This document shows positions 16,950 to 26,498 of a stretch of DNA of 64,000 nt, piece by piece (the stretch's first letter is position 1; every line of letters begins with the position of its first letter). A model generated the notes under the pieces. That model searched no databases and was not told where the DNA came from. It saw only the letters and a list, made by a program, of their open reading frames with translations. A program made the translations under genes and the position numbers. The DNA is from a virus: positions 1-64,000 of IMG/VR virus record IMGVR_UViG_3300015050_001142. One strand, given 5' to 3'.

Positions 16950-17067
16950 ATAAATGAGTTTAATTAATGATTTAAAAAGTACCGACAACAGTAGCTGCCG
17001 GTACATTGCAATTTTACATCCGCCAGGTCTTGGATAAGATGCCTGGGCTATCTATTATGCAATATTA

Positions 17068-17439
17068 TTAGTAATGCCATTTCAATCCATAGTCTTTTGA
17101 ATGCTCAAAGATCAATTTGTTGATTGAAGTAATTAATTGATCACGTTTCTTAATCTCTTCTTGAAGCTTAAGTAATTCAAGATCCATCACTTCAGCCAAT
17201 TTAATCATGGTATAATTATCCAGGAATATTGGCTTAGGTGGCAGATCAATCATTTTAGCAAGATTATCAATATCTTCAAATGATAAGATGGTACCTGCAT
17301 CAAATAATTCTTTCTCTTTAGCTGTAGGTACCAGAATATAAATATCATTAGTCTTAGCAATTGTATTGAGTAATGTTGTGGTACCTGAATGGCGCATTCT
17401 GGATACAAATGAATGAAATGTTCGTATAAGTTGTCGCAT
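17068..17439 (-). CDS. hypothetical protein with degenerate P-loop-like RHSGTT
   Basis: 123 aa ORF. Confidence 0.6.
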   Translation of the reverse strand: MRQLIRTFHSFVSRMRHSGTTTLLNTIAKTNDIYILVPTAKEKELFDAGTILSFEDIDNLAKMIDLPPKPIFLDNYTMIKLAEVMDLELLKLQEEIKKRDQLITSINKLIFEHSKDYGLKWHY

Positions 17440-17542
17440 AGAATTAATTAAAAGTTAAAGAGAGATACGTGGCAATAAGAATCATTCTTTCAAACTTCTT
17501 ACTCTACCGTCTGCCTTTCACCGATAGTTATCTCTCAATTAT

Positions 17543-17728
17543 TTATCGATCAGGATTCATTTCACCCTGATTACTGTATGGAATTTGTGTGTCGTTATCG
17601 CCATAAGGATCGTTGAATTGTGATTCTGTTTCATCACCAATAATCCAACCACATTCATCACAGTGATCTTCATCACATGGTTCACCACAAGATGGGCAAT
17701 GATATTCTTCTTCAGGTTCGTTGTTCAT
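17543..17728 (-). CDS. acidic Zn-ribbon small protein
   Basis: CPSC/CDEC pairs; D/E rich. Confidence 0.6.
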   Translation of the reverse strand: MNNEPEEEYHCPSCGEPCDEDHCDECGWIIGDETESQFNDPYGDNDTQIPYSNQGEMNPDR

Positions 17729-17973
17729 AAAAGTAATTTTTTCTGTTCCCAAGGAACAATATAGTTATCAATAAAATTCTTTGCAGTTTGTAATGTGTGT
17801 TCAGGAGATGTATATGGTTCAAATAATTGATTACCCCACTGATCTCTCTTACCCTTGATTAGAGTACCAATTCCATGCCTACGAACTTTGAATTTACCGG
17901 TAGATAATTTCTCAAAGATCTTGTAACAAGAACCAATAAGCTCGATAGTGTAACCATTGTATTCTTGTTTCAT
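17725..17973 (-). CDS. hypothetical protein
   Basis: 82 aa ORF. Confidence 0.6.
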   Translation of the reverse strand: MKQEYNGYTIELIGSCYKIFEKLSTGKFKVRRHGIGTLIKGKRDQWGNQLFEPYTSPEHTLQTAKNFIDNYIVPWEQKKLLL

Positions 17974-17987
17974 AGAATTTAAGATTT

Positions 17988-18105
17988 AATAAAGAGATAA
18001 GCACAATGGTAGTTTAGCACCTGCTTCTGGTTAAGCTAATTCTCAGACCAGTAACCGAAGTTCTAAAAGAGAATTGCTGTCGTTTTATGTGCTTATCTCT
18101 TTATT
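17988..18105 (-). ncRNA. candidate structured RNA with 18 bp closing stem and possible pseudoknot
   Basis: AATAAAGAGATAAGCACA/TGTGCTTATCTCTTTATT; internal AATTCTC/GAGAATT crossing CTGGT/ACCAG. Confidence 0.5.
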
Positions 18106-18106
18106 G

Positions 18107-18559
18107 TTAAGGAGTTTTAGGCCAATTAGTAATAATGTATCCAACTTCATTATCAGTACTGATATTAATAATTACTTCAGCACGAAATGGTAATTCACGA
18201 TCGTTGAGTAATAGAACAGCCAATTCATTGATCTTTTGTTGAATGGCAGCAGCTTTATTATCAGATAACAATAGTTTTTCAATTGCAGGATATTCAACAA
18301 TAAGATCTGATTCATCAAACCAGGATATCTCCCCATACTTATCGAATTTCAATCCGTATTGTTTATATCCATCGTCACCTTTAGAAAATTTCCAATCAGT
18401 TTCTGATTTCTCACCATAGGTGTACATTACAGTGGCTGTATCTTCAGTGAGATATGGCGCTGTATCAGTTTCCATGATTTTGCCATTCCCATCATTAGAC
18501 CACATACGATGGCCAATCTTGACTTTGACTCTGGTACCGTTTGGATATTTAGCTTTCAT
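18107..18559 (-). CDS. hypothetical protein (SH3/KOW-like N-terminus)
   Basis: KYPNGTRVKV...SWFDESDL. Confidence 0.65.
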   Translation of the reverse strand: MKAKYPNGTRVKVKIGHRMWSNDGNGKIMETDTAPYLTEDTATVMYTYGEKSETDWKFSKGDDGYKQYGLKFDKYGEISWFDESDLIVEYPAIEKLLLSDNKAAAIQQKINELAVLLLNDRELPFRAEVIINISTDNEVGYIITNWPKTP

Positions 18560-18567
18560 AGAATTAG

Positions 18568-18765
18568 TTAATTATGAGATTCATAATATCTTTCTGCAAG
18601 TATAGCGCCGAGTATTCCCCAAGCAAAGCCATGTATAAACATAAGCTCAGAAGGACAATCAGGTACATAACGATTGATTAATACTGCAGATAAGAGATTT
18701 AACCCAAATGCCGGGATTATACAGATGAGTATTGTTTTAATCCAGAGGATTAATTTCTTGTTCAT
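18568..18765 (-). CDS. small two-TM membrane protein
   Basis: Two hydrophobic segments; likely start MNKKL. Confidence 0.6.
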   Translation of the reverse strand: MNKKLILWIKTILICIIPAFGLNLLSAVLINRYVPDCPSELMFIHGFAWGILGAILAERYYESHN

Positions 18766-18775
18766 AAGATTGAGT

Positions 18776-19078
18776 TTAAAATGATTTACTATCTCCAAAT
18801 TGTTTCTGTACCCACTCACGGAATGGAGTGAATGCTTTCTGGATCTTTTTACAGTTATTATCTAATCCATAATTCTTGCTTTTACTAATTGGAATATTGT
18901 TCTCTTTCAAGTACCATTCCACAGTTTTCTTCATAAAATTATATGAAGTGATCTTAACTGGTTGACTTCGGCGTATAGATTCCCAACCAGCATGGCCCTG
19001 AAGATATAACCATATGCCATTGAAGGCTGTATCCTCACCGCCGTAACTATTACGTTCTTTGAATGATTTGTATGGCAT
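18776..19078 (-). CDS. hypothetical protein
   Basis: 100 aa ORF. Confidence 0.6.
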   Translation of the reverse strand: MPYKSFKERNSYGGEDTAFNGIWLYLQGHAGWESIRRSQPVKITSYNFMKKTVEWYLKENNIPISKSKNYGLDNNCKKIQKAFTPFREWVQKQFGDSKSF

Positions 19079-19111
19079 AAGATTGAGTTTAGTGTACCAG
19101 GAGATGGTACT

Positions 19112-19474
19112 TTACTTAGTTATAATTTCATTAGGCAATGTGTATACTTGTTGTATTTTATACCACCATCTGTAATTACGCATGGTACCTATAAGTATAA
19201 ATACTTTTCCATCTGAGGCTTTAGGTAATTCAGCCTTGTTGATAATATTATTCATTTGATCATACAACCAAGGAGAACTTGTTAATTCATCAGTAAACCA
19301 ACAATCAATAAGATTACGTGTTGGTCCTCCAAATGCTGATACAGAGAATAATAATATACACTTATAAGTTTTATTCTTAGTTGGTGCAAAATGCCCCCAG
19401 GTATTTTCTAATACGGCTTGTATATAAGGTTGATTAGCCGCAAGAGTTATCTCAGCGTAGCTATTTGATGGCAT
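19112..19474 (-). CDS. hypothetical protein
   Basis: NTWGHFAP...SSPWLYD. Confidence 0.65.
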   Translation of the reverse strand: MPSNSYAEITLAANQPYIQAVLENTWGHFAPTKNKTYKCILLFSVSAFGGPTRNLIDCWFTDELTSSPWLYDQMNNIINKAELPKASDGKVFILIGTMRNYRWWYKIQQVYTLPNEIITK

Positions 19475-19504
19475 AATTGTAGTTATTTGATGAAATAAGA
19501 TTGA

Positions 19505-20062
19505 TTAATGCGGTTTTCTTTTAAGAAATAAGTCCACTTGTTCAACTGCAGCTAAATACTCAGCTTCTGAGATGATATAAGGAATATCTTTTGCAAATAA
19601 TTGTTCAGATATCCAATTCTCACGCATATAGTAATCGTGAATATCATCGAAATAACCAAATTCAGTGTAAGTATCAACATTAATCTTGCTACATATATCT
19701 TTTTGTTCAGTAGCATATGTAAGAATGTTTTCAGCTGATTCTTGAGTACCATCAAATACACCTGGAGAATGTTTACCAAAGAATAATAGTTTAATGGTAA
19801 TAAGCTCACCACCAGTATCAGTCTTTCGTTCCATTTTAGATCTCACAGCTTTGTGAAACTGCAAAGTATAAATCTTTTGTTGAAGATGTAATCCAGTCAT
19901 TAGGTACAATACCTGTTGATCAATAGGATACACTTCTTTTAACTCATTTGTTACTTTGAGGTTTAAATCAGCCAATTCTTTATTAATAGTTGATATTCTG
20001 GTCTGTGATTCTTTGTATAATGCTGTGAGTTTATCCAATAAGGCGAATTGATGGTTGTCCAT
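19505..20062 (-). CDS. hypothetical protein (likely start MDNHQ)
   Basis: ORF 19505..20116 with an internal ATG. Confidence 0.6.
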   Translation of the reverse strand: MDNHQFALLDKLTALYKESQTRISTINKELADLNLKVTNELKEVYPIDQQVLYLMTGLHLQQKIYTLQFHKAVRSKMERKTDTGGELITIKLLFFGKHSPGVFDGTQESAENILTYATEQKDICSKINVDTYTEFGYFDDIHDYYMRENWISEQLFAKDIPYIISEAEYLAAVEQVDLFLKRKPH

Positions 20063-20357
20063 TGTGTAGTTATTAGGGTAAATAATTATTGTTTGAGGTA
20101 GTATCAGCCGTATCAATTGGGTACTGAATAACGGTGATATGGATCGTATAGAGAAATAGGATAGCAGGTTAGATTTAATTACTGGCTAATTAATTGAGAG
20201 AGAAATAGCTATTTATAGCATTTTGTGGATGGGAGTGGGGTGGTGGCTCGCCGCGTGAGCGATGCTCATCAACATTGAAAAATGTATGGTATATATATAC
20301 TGGACATTTTTGCCCAAGAAATTGGTCTGAGTACATGGTTTTGTCAACTGAACATAG

Positions 20358-20365
20358 TATATTTG
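20358..20365 (+). promoter_or_regulatory. Bacteroidota-type -7 promoter element TAnnTTTG upstream of the RepL-like gene
   Basis: TATATTTG about 50 nt before the ATG at 20415. Confidence 0.5.
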
Positions 20366-20414
20366 CCCAACAAATTGAACAAAATCATCATTCTCCATCA
20401 AAAACCGATACAAA

Positions 20415-20939
20415 ATGAGTAAAAAGACCCCAGAAACCAACCCTTTTGTACAAGCTCTTGAAATCAACAGTGTTTGGAAGCTCGAAATCGAGGAAATTAA
20501 CGTTGGAGAATCAGCTGGTGGTAAGATCACCCAGGCCAAAACCAAGATTATTGATGTGGATGATCGCGTATCGGTGTATTCAGCTGGCTTATTGGGCTGG
20601 TTCAAAGATCTGCCGGCCAGTGCCAAGGATATGTTCATGTATATCGGTGCGCACCTTGGTTGGGAGCGTGATATCATTGAAATGGATGAAGAGAAATATT
20701 GTAAGATGATGGATGTGAGCCGCAATACATTCTTTTCAGCTAAGACTGCGCTCACTAATCGATTGATTATACCACGCACGAGCCGTAAGAATACATATTG
20801 GGTGAATCCAGCTTATTTATTTAAAGGTAATCGTGTGACCTCGTACCCTGAACGAGTTGTTGAAACAAATACTAATCCATTGGATAATTTAAGATCAACT
20901 CCTGTTACTAAATCAGGTTATCGGTCAATAATGGAATAG
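20415..20939 (+). CDS. RepL-like replication/HTH protein
   Basis: HTH-like MMDVSRNTFFSAKTAL and YWVNPAYLFKGNR, as in plasmid and crAss-like RepL. Confidence 0.75.
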   Translation: MSKKTPETNPFVQALEINSVWKLEIEEINVGESAGGKITQAKTKIIDVDDRVSVYSAGLLGWFKDLPASAKDMFMYIGAHLGWERDIIEMDEEKYCKMMDVSRNTFFSAKTALTNRLIIPRTSRKNTYWVNPAYLFKGNRVTSYPERVVETNTNPLDNLRSTPVTKSGYRSIME

Positions 20940-20945
20940 ACAATC

Positions 20946-21269
20946 CTGTCCTTTTTCGCAACCAGTGTCCAATTTGAGGTCTGATGGACACTCACTGTCC
21001 TCGCCATGCGATGTATATTAAAGAAAGGATCATGCTGCTGGGTTTCCCAGTTTCAACAGTTATAGTCTGTTTCAGCTCGCGTTGATCCAGTAAAATATGA
21101 ACTCTCACAAGGTTATCATCCTTGCTGACATTGGCCACTGATGAATAGCTCTGTCCATGAGAGTTCAATAAGTTCAACCACCACGTTACGAGGCTCAGTA
21201 TTTATAATACTTCTGCTTACCGCTGAACCATTTAGGATCATGTGATGGACATGAAGTGGATTTCTGTCC
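20946..21269. repeat. cluster of TGTCC/GGACA repeats including an 8 bp inverted repeat
   Basis: Copies at 20947, 20966, 20986, 20996, 21152, 21247, 21265; AGTGTCCA/TGGACACT at 20964-20992. Confidence 0.5.
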
Positions 21270-21733
21270 CCAGTAACAACTGGATAATACAACTGCTATT
21301 GTAATTATACAAACGAGGAGTATTATTACTTTGTAGATTGATTTCATAGCTTGAAGTTTAGTGTAAATATAATAAAGACAAGAGTACCAGATGATATCTC
21401 AGGAGCCACAACTGAGATTAGCTGATTTATATAACCTGGTACTCTTGTATTATTAGTTGGACCACCATGTGACGAGCTGTGATAAAAACCAGTACCCTCT
21501 CCTGATGGATTAGGTACTGGCATTACTATTAGTGTGCGTTGTTTTCTCTGCCCGATATGATCCACAGTGACTTATTGCTAAGTATTGGTGTAACGCTCTC
21601 CTTGGGCTAAGCAGGAGTAATAGTAGTTAGTTGTTATCGAATTCCATTGCATCATCCAACGATACTCTCACACCGTTGATGAAGATAAATCCTGCGTATC
21701 TGGTCATGAACTTTTCCATAATACTGTGGTTGT

Positions 21734-21937
21734 TTAATGGTTAGGGAAATTCTTTGCCATGAAATCTTTATAGCAATCTTCATTGTAATAAGTGATTCCA
21801 CTGCATTTACAGTCTTTCACGTATTCATCATACGTTTTGTATTTGCCTGTTGTAAGCTTACCTGCAATTTCAGCATGGCTGAACATGTAATCAGGATTAC
21901 AGTTCATGTGAAACTTGAGCAATCTGTTACTGTCCAT
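21734..21937 (-). CDS. hypothetical protein
   Basis: 67 aa ORF. Confidence 0.5.
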   Translation of the reverse strand: MDSNRLLKFHMNCNPDYMFSHAEIAGKLTTGKYKTYDEYVKDCKCSGITYYNEDCYKDFMAKNFPNH

Positions 21938-22030
21938 ATAATTAGTTGTTGGTTACATTTAAAATAGTACCAACAGAATCAAATACGACTGCTCGTAAAC
22001 ATCTGTTGGTACTGTAATCAGGTAAGAAGT

Positions 22031-22615
22031 CTACGCTTTAGACTCTTCAGTAGCAGTCTCATCAACCGGTACAGTTTCTTCTTTAGGAAGGAACTCATCC
22101 ATGTTGAATGTTGTGCTGCCAAGTTCTTCAGCGCGTTGAACAGCGATGCTCGAAGGATCGAGTGTTAACAGGCTACCATTGTCTGTTGTAATCATTTCCA
22201 CTTTACCGGAGATTTCAACATTCTGTGATAACTTGTCTGCAACAGCAGATGGCAACAAGATAGCAAAGCTAAACTGTGTTGCATTCAGGTATTGACTGAA
22301 CAGCTCTGAAGCTTTATCAGTTTCACCTGCTTTCTCTGCGGCTAAGCCGTCAATGAATAACTGCTTTGTTCTGGCATTCTTCATACCAACTTCACTGTTG
22401 GCTTTGGTGTTGAAGATGATCTTCTGCAACAGTGTACCATCACCAGCAATGCTGGGAACAGGCTCACCTGCTTTGTTCTTCACGTCAACAACATTACCAT
22501 TACCCTGGATAGTAAGCAAGATGCGTTTACCAACTTGTCCTGCTAATACTAACATGCGTTTCTGCATGATTGACTTCACCGATTGGCTGGTGATTACCCT
22601 TGAATTTGTGCTCAT
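22031..22615 (-). CDS. hypothetical protein with acidic C-terminal tail
   Basis: 194 aa; first gene of the leftward block. Confidence 0.75.
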   Translation of the reverse strand: MSTNSRVITSQSVKSIMQKRMLVLAGQVGKRILLTIQGNGNVVDVKNKAGEPVPSIAGDGTLLQKIIFNTKANSEVGMKNARTKQLFIDGLAAEKAGETDKASELFSQYLNATQFSFAILLPSAVADKLSQNVEISGKVEMITTDNGSLLTLDPSSIAVQRAEELGSTTFNMDEFLPKEETVPVDETATEESKA

Positions 22616-22956
22616 TGAATTGAGGTTTATTGTGAATTAATAAGAGACGAGATAAGAAGCAATGGTTACTACGTGCAACCATTGCTTGTAATTGCTGTGA
22701 TGCTAATGCATCGATCTAAGGTTTAATATCTACTCTATCTAATGCCAATGTATTTGCGGAACGATTGCATATCCATGCATCCTGTCTACATTGGGTGAGA
22801 AGTCCTATTCGTGAAGGTATTTCTCATCAACTGTGAAGTTGACACCGGGTATTTCGATTGCAAAAGTTAGCGGGGGACTGGAAAGGGAAGTGGTTCCTCA
22901 CACCCGCGATCTCAACAAAAAATTTTAGAATATAAAAATTTTTCTATCTTCACACA

Positions 22957-23235
22957 ATGAAACTCAAAGAGCATTTCCTTTCAGTAGGATTCCGTGAAAC
23001 TTCAGTATCACATCAATTCGATGGAGATGCTTATCGCTTGGTTTACATAGGTGTAGATTCATACGGTGCTGAGTTATATAGTATTATCAATAAGCGATAT
23101 GATGAGAATGTATTCCGTGGCCGTATACCTAACGGTAAAGTATTCGATCGCTTATTCGTATTGGTACAGGAAGATTATAACATTGATAAAGAAACAATTA
23201 CCGAAATAGAAGAAATGGCTGATTTACTTGATTAA
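22957..23235 (+). CDS. hypothetical protein
   Basis: First ORF of the rightward block. Confidence 0.6.
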   Translation: MKLKEHFLSVGFRETSVSHQFDGDAYRLVYIGVDSYGAELYSIINKRYDENVFRGRIPNGKVFDRLFVLVQEDYNIDKETITEIEEMADLLD

Positions 23236-23244
23236 TTTATATCA

Positions 23245-23508
23245 ATGATACACGTACAACTCCCACGCGCTGAGAATAAACTCTACACTACCCGTTACAC
23301 AGAAGTTACTTTCTCTATCAAGAACTGGTACGATAGGGTACGTATTTTATTCGGTGGAATAATCAAATTCCATTTCAGTGTTACAATGGAAGCTGTCGGT
23401 ACACCTGCAAGTTTCAGGAAATCATCATGTGGGCCTAACAGTTTTAAGTTTAACTGGAAATACAATCCTAAGCAGGTAGCTCAAACTACAGTAAAGACAG
23501 AATTTTAA
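23245..23508 (+). CDS. hypothetical protein
   Basis: 87 aa ORF. Confidence 0.55.
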   Translation: MIHVQLPRAENKLYTTRYTEVTFSIKNWYDRVRILFGGIIKFHFSVTMEAVGTPASFRKSSCGPNSFKFNWKYNPKQVAQTTVKTEF

Positions 23509-23536
23509 CCTTTTTCTCATAATACCAATCATCTAC

Positions 23537-23567
23537 TCCCTGGATTTCTATCCGGGGATTTTTGTTT
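23537..23567 (+). terminator. intrinsic terminator
   Basis: TCCCTGGAT-TTCT-ATCCGGGGA followed by a T tract. Confidence 0.6.
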
Positions 23568-23588
23568 ACCTTCATAAAAACAATTACT

Positions 23589-24335
23589 ATGAATAATTAT
23601 CCCGGCCACCTTATAGAATTAGGAGATGATGATGCTCAATCAGTTAAGTTGATCAAACAACAACTCAATTCGGTATTGAAAGACTACCCATTACTTGATG
23701 TAACCAATCCACTATTCGGGCCGGAAACACTCAAACATGTAATCGCATTCCAGAAAGCTCATTCGTTAAATCCTGATGGAGTTATTGGATCTCTTACATG
23801 GAAGAAATTATTTGCTGATGATACGAGTCTACCTGTATTCCAGCCACCGGTACAATCACGGGTTTTAAGATACCATGCGCTGGAAGTGGCTAAATCTTTT
23901 CTGTGGGTACGGGAAAAGACTGGGCATAATGATGGTAAGGAAGTAGAAGGATTCCTGCACAATGTTGGATTGACCAAAGGATTTGCCTGGTGCATGGCTT
24001 TTGTGTATAGTAATTTTTTATCTGCAGCTCAAACATTGGGATTAGCTAATCCTGTACCAATGACTGCTGGTGTATTGGATTGTTGGAATAGGGTACCGGC
24101 GAGATTAAAGGTGAAAGATCCACAGAAAGGTGATCAGTTCATAATGGATTTTGGTTCTGGTCGTGGGCATACTGGTCATGTAACTGATGTGATTAATGGA
24201 TATGTTCACACTATTGAAGGGAATACTGGTGAAGATCCGGTACTGGGATCTAACTCTGATCGGGAAGGTGATGGAGTTTATGAGCGTTCACGTAAACTGG
24301 GAGTATTCAAAGGATTCATCCGGTACGAGGATTAA
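23589..24335 (+). CDS. endolysin: PG-binding domain plus CHAP amidase
   Basis: FQKAHSLNPDGVIGSLTW; WCMAFV, GHTG and TIEGNT catalytic motifs. Confidence 0.9.
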   Translation: MNNYPGHLIELGDDDAQSVKLIKQQLNSVLKDYPLLDVTNPLFGPETLKHVIAFQKAHSLNPDGVIGSLTWKKLFADDTSLPVFQPPVQSRVLRYHALEVAKSFLWVREKTGHNDGKEVEGFLHNVGLTKGFAWCMAFVYSNFLSAAQTLGLANPVPMTAGVLDCWNRVPARLKVKDPQKGDQFIMDFGSGRGHTGHVTDVINGYVHTIEGNTGEDPVLGSNSDREGDGVYERSRKLGVFKGFIRYED

Positions 24336-24342
24336 AATAATT

Positions 24343-24375
24343 TTTGTTTATATCAAGCTTTTGTATTTACATTTG
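24343..24375 (+). promoter_or_regulatory. Bacteroidota primary-sigma promoter (TTTG-N21-TACATTTG) for the glycosylation cassette
   Basis: Matches the -33 TTTG / -7 TAnnTTTG consensus with plausible spacing. Confidence 0.6.
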
Positions 24376-24393
24376 TTGAACTAACTCAAACAG

Positions 24394-25593
24394 ATGCCCA
24401 CACTACATATTATCCATCTGCCAGAGAGAACTGATCGGATGGAGCTGCTTCTCAAGGAATTACAGGAACAAGGTATTACTGATTATCGTATTTGGCCAGG
24501 TATTAAGGATGAAGCCAATCCCTGTCGCGGTATCTCTGCAGCGCACAAACAAATAGTAGCATATGCAAAAGCAAACAATCTTGAAGAGATCACTATCGCT
24601 GAGGATGATGTGTCTTTCACTGGGCCGCGAGCATGGGAATACTACCTCGCAAACAAACCAGGTACTTTCGATTTATATCTTGCGAGCGTTTATGTCTTAC
24701 ATGAAATCCGTGGGCATCACATTGAAAACTTCACAGGACTTACCCTGTATACCATTCGCGCCAGATTCTACGATACGTTCCTGTCTACATCTACCGAGGG
24801 TAACATTGATGTAAATCTGTATGGTAAGGGATGGTACGCCTTATGTTATCCATTTGCAGCTATTCAGCACGAAACTTACTCAGACAATTCCAAAGGATTA
24901 ATTAATTACCAGCAATATATTCGTGGTAAACTTCTCTATGGACAGGAGCCAGAGAAAACATTTCCAGTTAATTTATTCGTTAATTTCTATAAAGACTCAA
25001 ATGAAGATCGCTACAAAGAACTGGAGAAATGTCTCCGGTCAAACATTGCTAATCCACTTATTGATAAGGTATACGTGTTTTGTAATGAGCAGGATAGAGA
25101 CTTGGTACTGGGCTTTCCTGATCTTCATAAGGTAGGACTCATCATTAGAGAAGATCGACCAACTTATGGTGAGATGTTTGATGAAATCAATTCTCGTACC
25201 CGCGAATTTGAGGTTAATATTCTTTCCAATACAGATATCTATTTTGACGAATCACTCATTCATGTACATGGAATTAAAAATAATCAATGCTACGCTTTGT
25301 CCCGCTGGGAGTTTGGCATAGTTGAACAGGTACAGACCAGAGGAGATAGTCAAGATACATGGATCTTCCGTGGAAAGATCAGAGAATTAGCTTACACTCA
25401 TTTTACATTAGGTAAACTTGGATGTGATAATCGTATCGCGCATGAACTGGTACTGGCCGGCTATGAAGTAACAAATCCTTCACGTACAATTAAAACCTGG
25501 CATTTACATGAGTCAGGTATTCGTAATTACAATTCTACAGATGTTTCAGTACCTCAACCTTATTATAAAATCAAACCACACGAACTTGTATGA
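24394..25593 (+). CDS. two-domain glycosyltransferase (GT25-like plus GT-A-like)
   Basis: IIHLPERTDR, GISAAH, IAEDDV; second domain ILSNTDIYFD, ALSRW, DSQDTWIF, GCDNRIA. Confidence 0.75.
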   Translation: MPTLHIIHLPERTDRMELLLKELQEQGITDYRIWPGIKDEANPCRGISAAHKQIVAYAKANNLEEITIAEDDVSFTGPRAWEYYLANKPGTFDLYLASVYVLHEIRGHHIENFTGLTLYTIRARFYDTFLSTSTEGNIDVNLYGKGWYALCYPFAAIQHETYSDNSKGLINYQQYIRGKLLYGQEPEKTFPVNLFVNFYKDSNEDRYKELEKCLRSNIANPLIDKVYVFCNEQDRDLVLGFPDLHKVGLIIREDRPTYGEMFDEINSRTREFEVNILSNTDIYFDESLIHVHGIKNNQCYALSRWEFGIVEQVQTRGDSQDTWIFRGKIRELAYTHFTLGKLGCDNRIAHELVLAGYEVTNPSRTIKTWHLHESGIRNYNSTDVSVPQPYYKIKPHELV

Positions 25594-26498
25594 GAATACT
25601 TTATGTTGGAATGTGCACCGGAGAGAATGGATTTACTAAAGCGATGAAGAAACATGCAACGCAATACAGTGAAATGAATTGTGGTGAACCAATGCTTAAT
25701 GAATGTCTTGATATTGTAGCATTGGAGAATTGGGATATATTATTTCTTCAAGTACAAACACCAGGTATTATTGATCCTGAAAGAATCAGGAAGATTAAAG
25801 CTGTAGGCACCACAATATTCAACTTCACTGGAGATGTGCGAACTCCTCTTCCTGATTGGTATAAAGAACTCGCTCCGCATATCACCAGTACCATCTTCAC
25901 TAATATGAATGATGTGAAAGAAATGAAAGCATTTGGGTTTACTTCTGATTGGATGGAATATGGATTTGATCCTGAGATCTATAAACCAGAAGGCCCGATT
26001 AAACCGGTACCACCAATTGTATTCATGGGAAATAATTATGGCCCATCATATTTTCCATTAAGCAACGAGCGTATAGCAACTGTAATTGCATTGGAAAGAG
26101 AATTTGGTGCTGAGTTCGGTGTATATGGAAATGGTTGGACAAGAGCTACAGGTAATTTCAATCATTCACAAACAGAAGAAGCAGCTGCCTATCGTGGTGC
26201 TAAGATAGCTATCAACCTTTCTCATTTTGAATATGAGGATTATTCATCAGATCGACTATTAAGAATAATGGGTTGCGGTACAACGTGTTTAAGCAGATGG
26301 TACCCTGGGATACAAAAGATGCCAGTTACTTCTTATAAGACTATTGATGAGTTAATTGGTTTATGCAAGATTACTCTTAGAGAAGGCGATATACGTAAAT
26401 CTCTTGGTGCTTGCAGTAGTTTGTTCGCACATAATAATTTCACATTCGATCACATGGTACAAAATATAATAAAGCTATATGAAAAATACAAAGCCTAA
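25590..26498 (+). CDS. GT-B glycosyltransferase (CgeB / Glyco_trans_1_2-like)
   Basis: GFDPEIYKP, IVFMGN, YGNGW, AKIAINLS...SDRLLRIMGCG. Confidence 0.8.
   Translation: MRILYVGMCTGENGFTKAMKKHATQYSEMNCGEPMLNECLDIVALENWDILFLQVQTPGIIDPERIRKIKAVGTTIFNFTGDVRTPLPDWYKELAPHITSTIFTNMNDVKEMKAFGFTSDWMEYGFDPEIYKPEGPIKPVPPIVFMGNNYGPSYFPLSNERIATVIALEREFGAEFGVYGNGWTRATGNFNHSQTEEAAAYRGAKIAINLSHFEYEDYSSDRLLRIMGCGTTCLSRWYPGIQKMPVTSYKTIDELIGLCKITLREGDIRKSLGACSSLFAHNNFTFDHMVQNIIKLYEKYKA

Noticed and set aside
20213-20779. 188 aa minus-strand ORF and the many other short antisense ORFs in the track
   Set aside because: They are shadows of better-supported genes on the opposite strand or in another frame, with no recognisable motifs.
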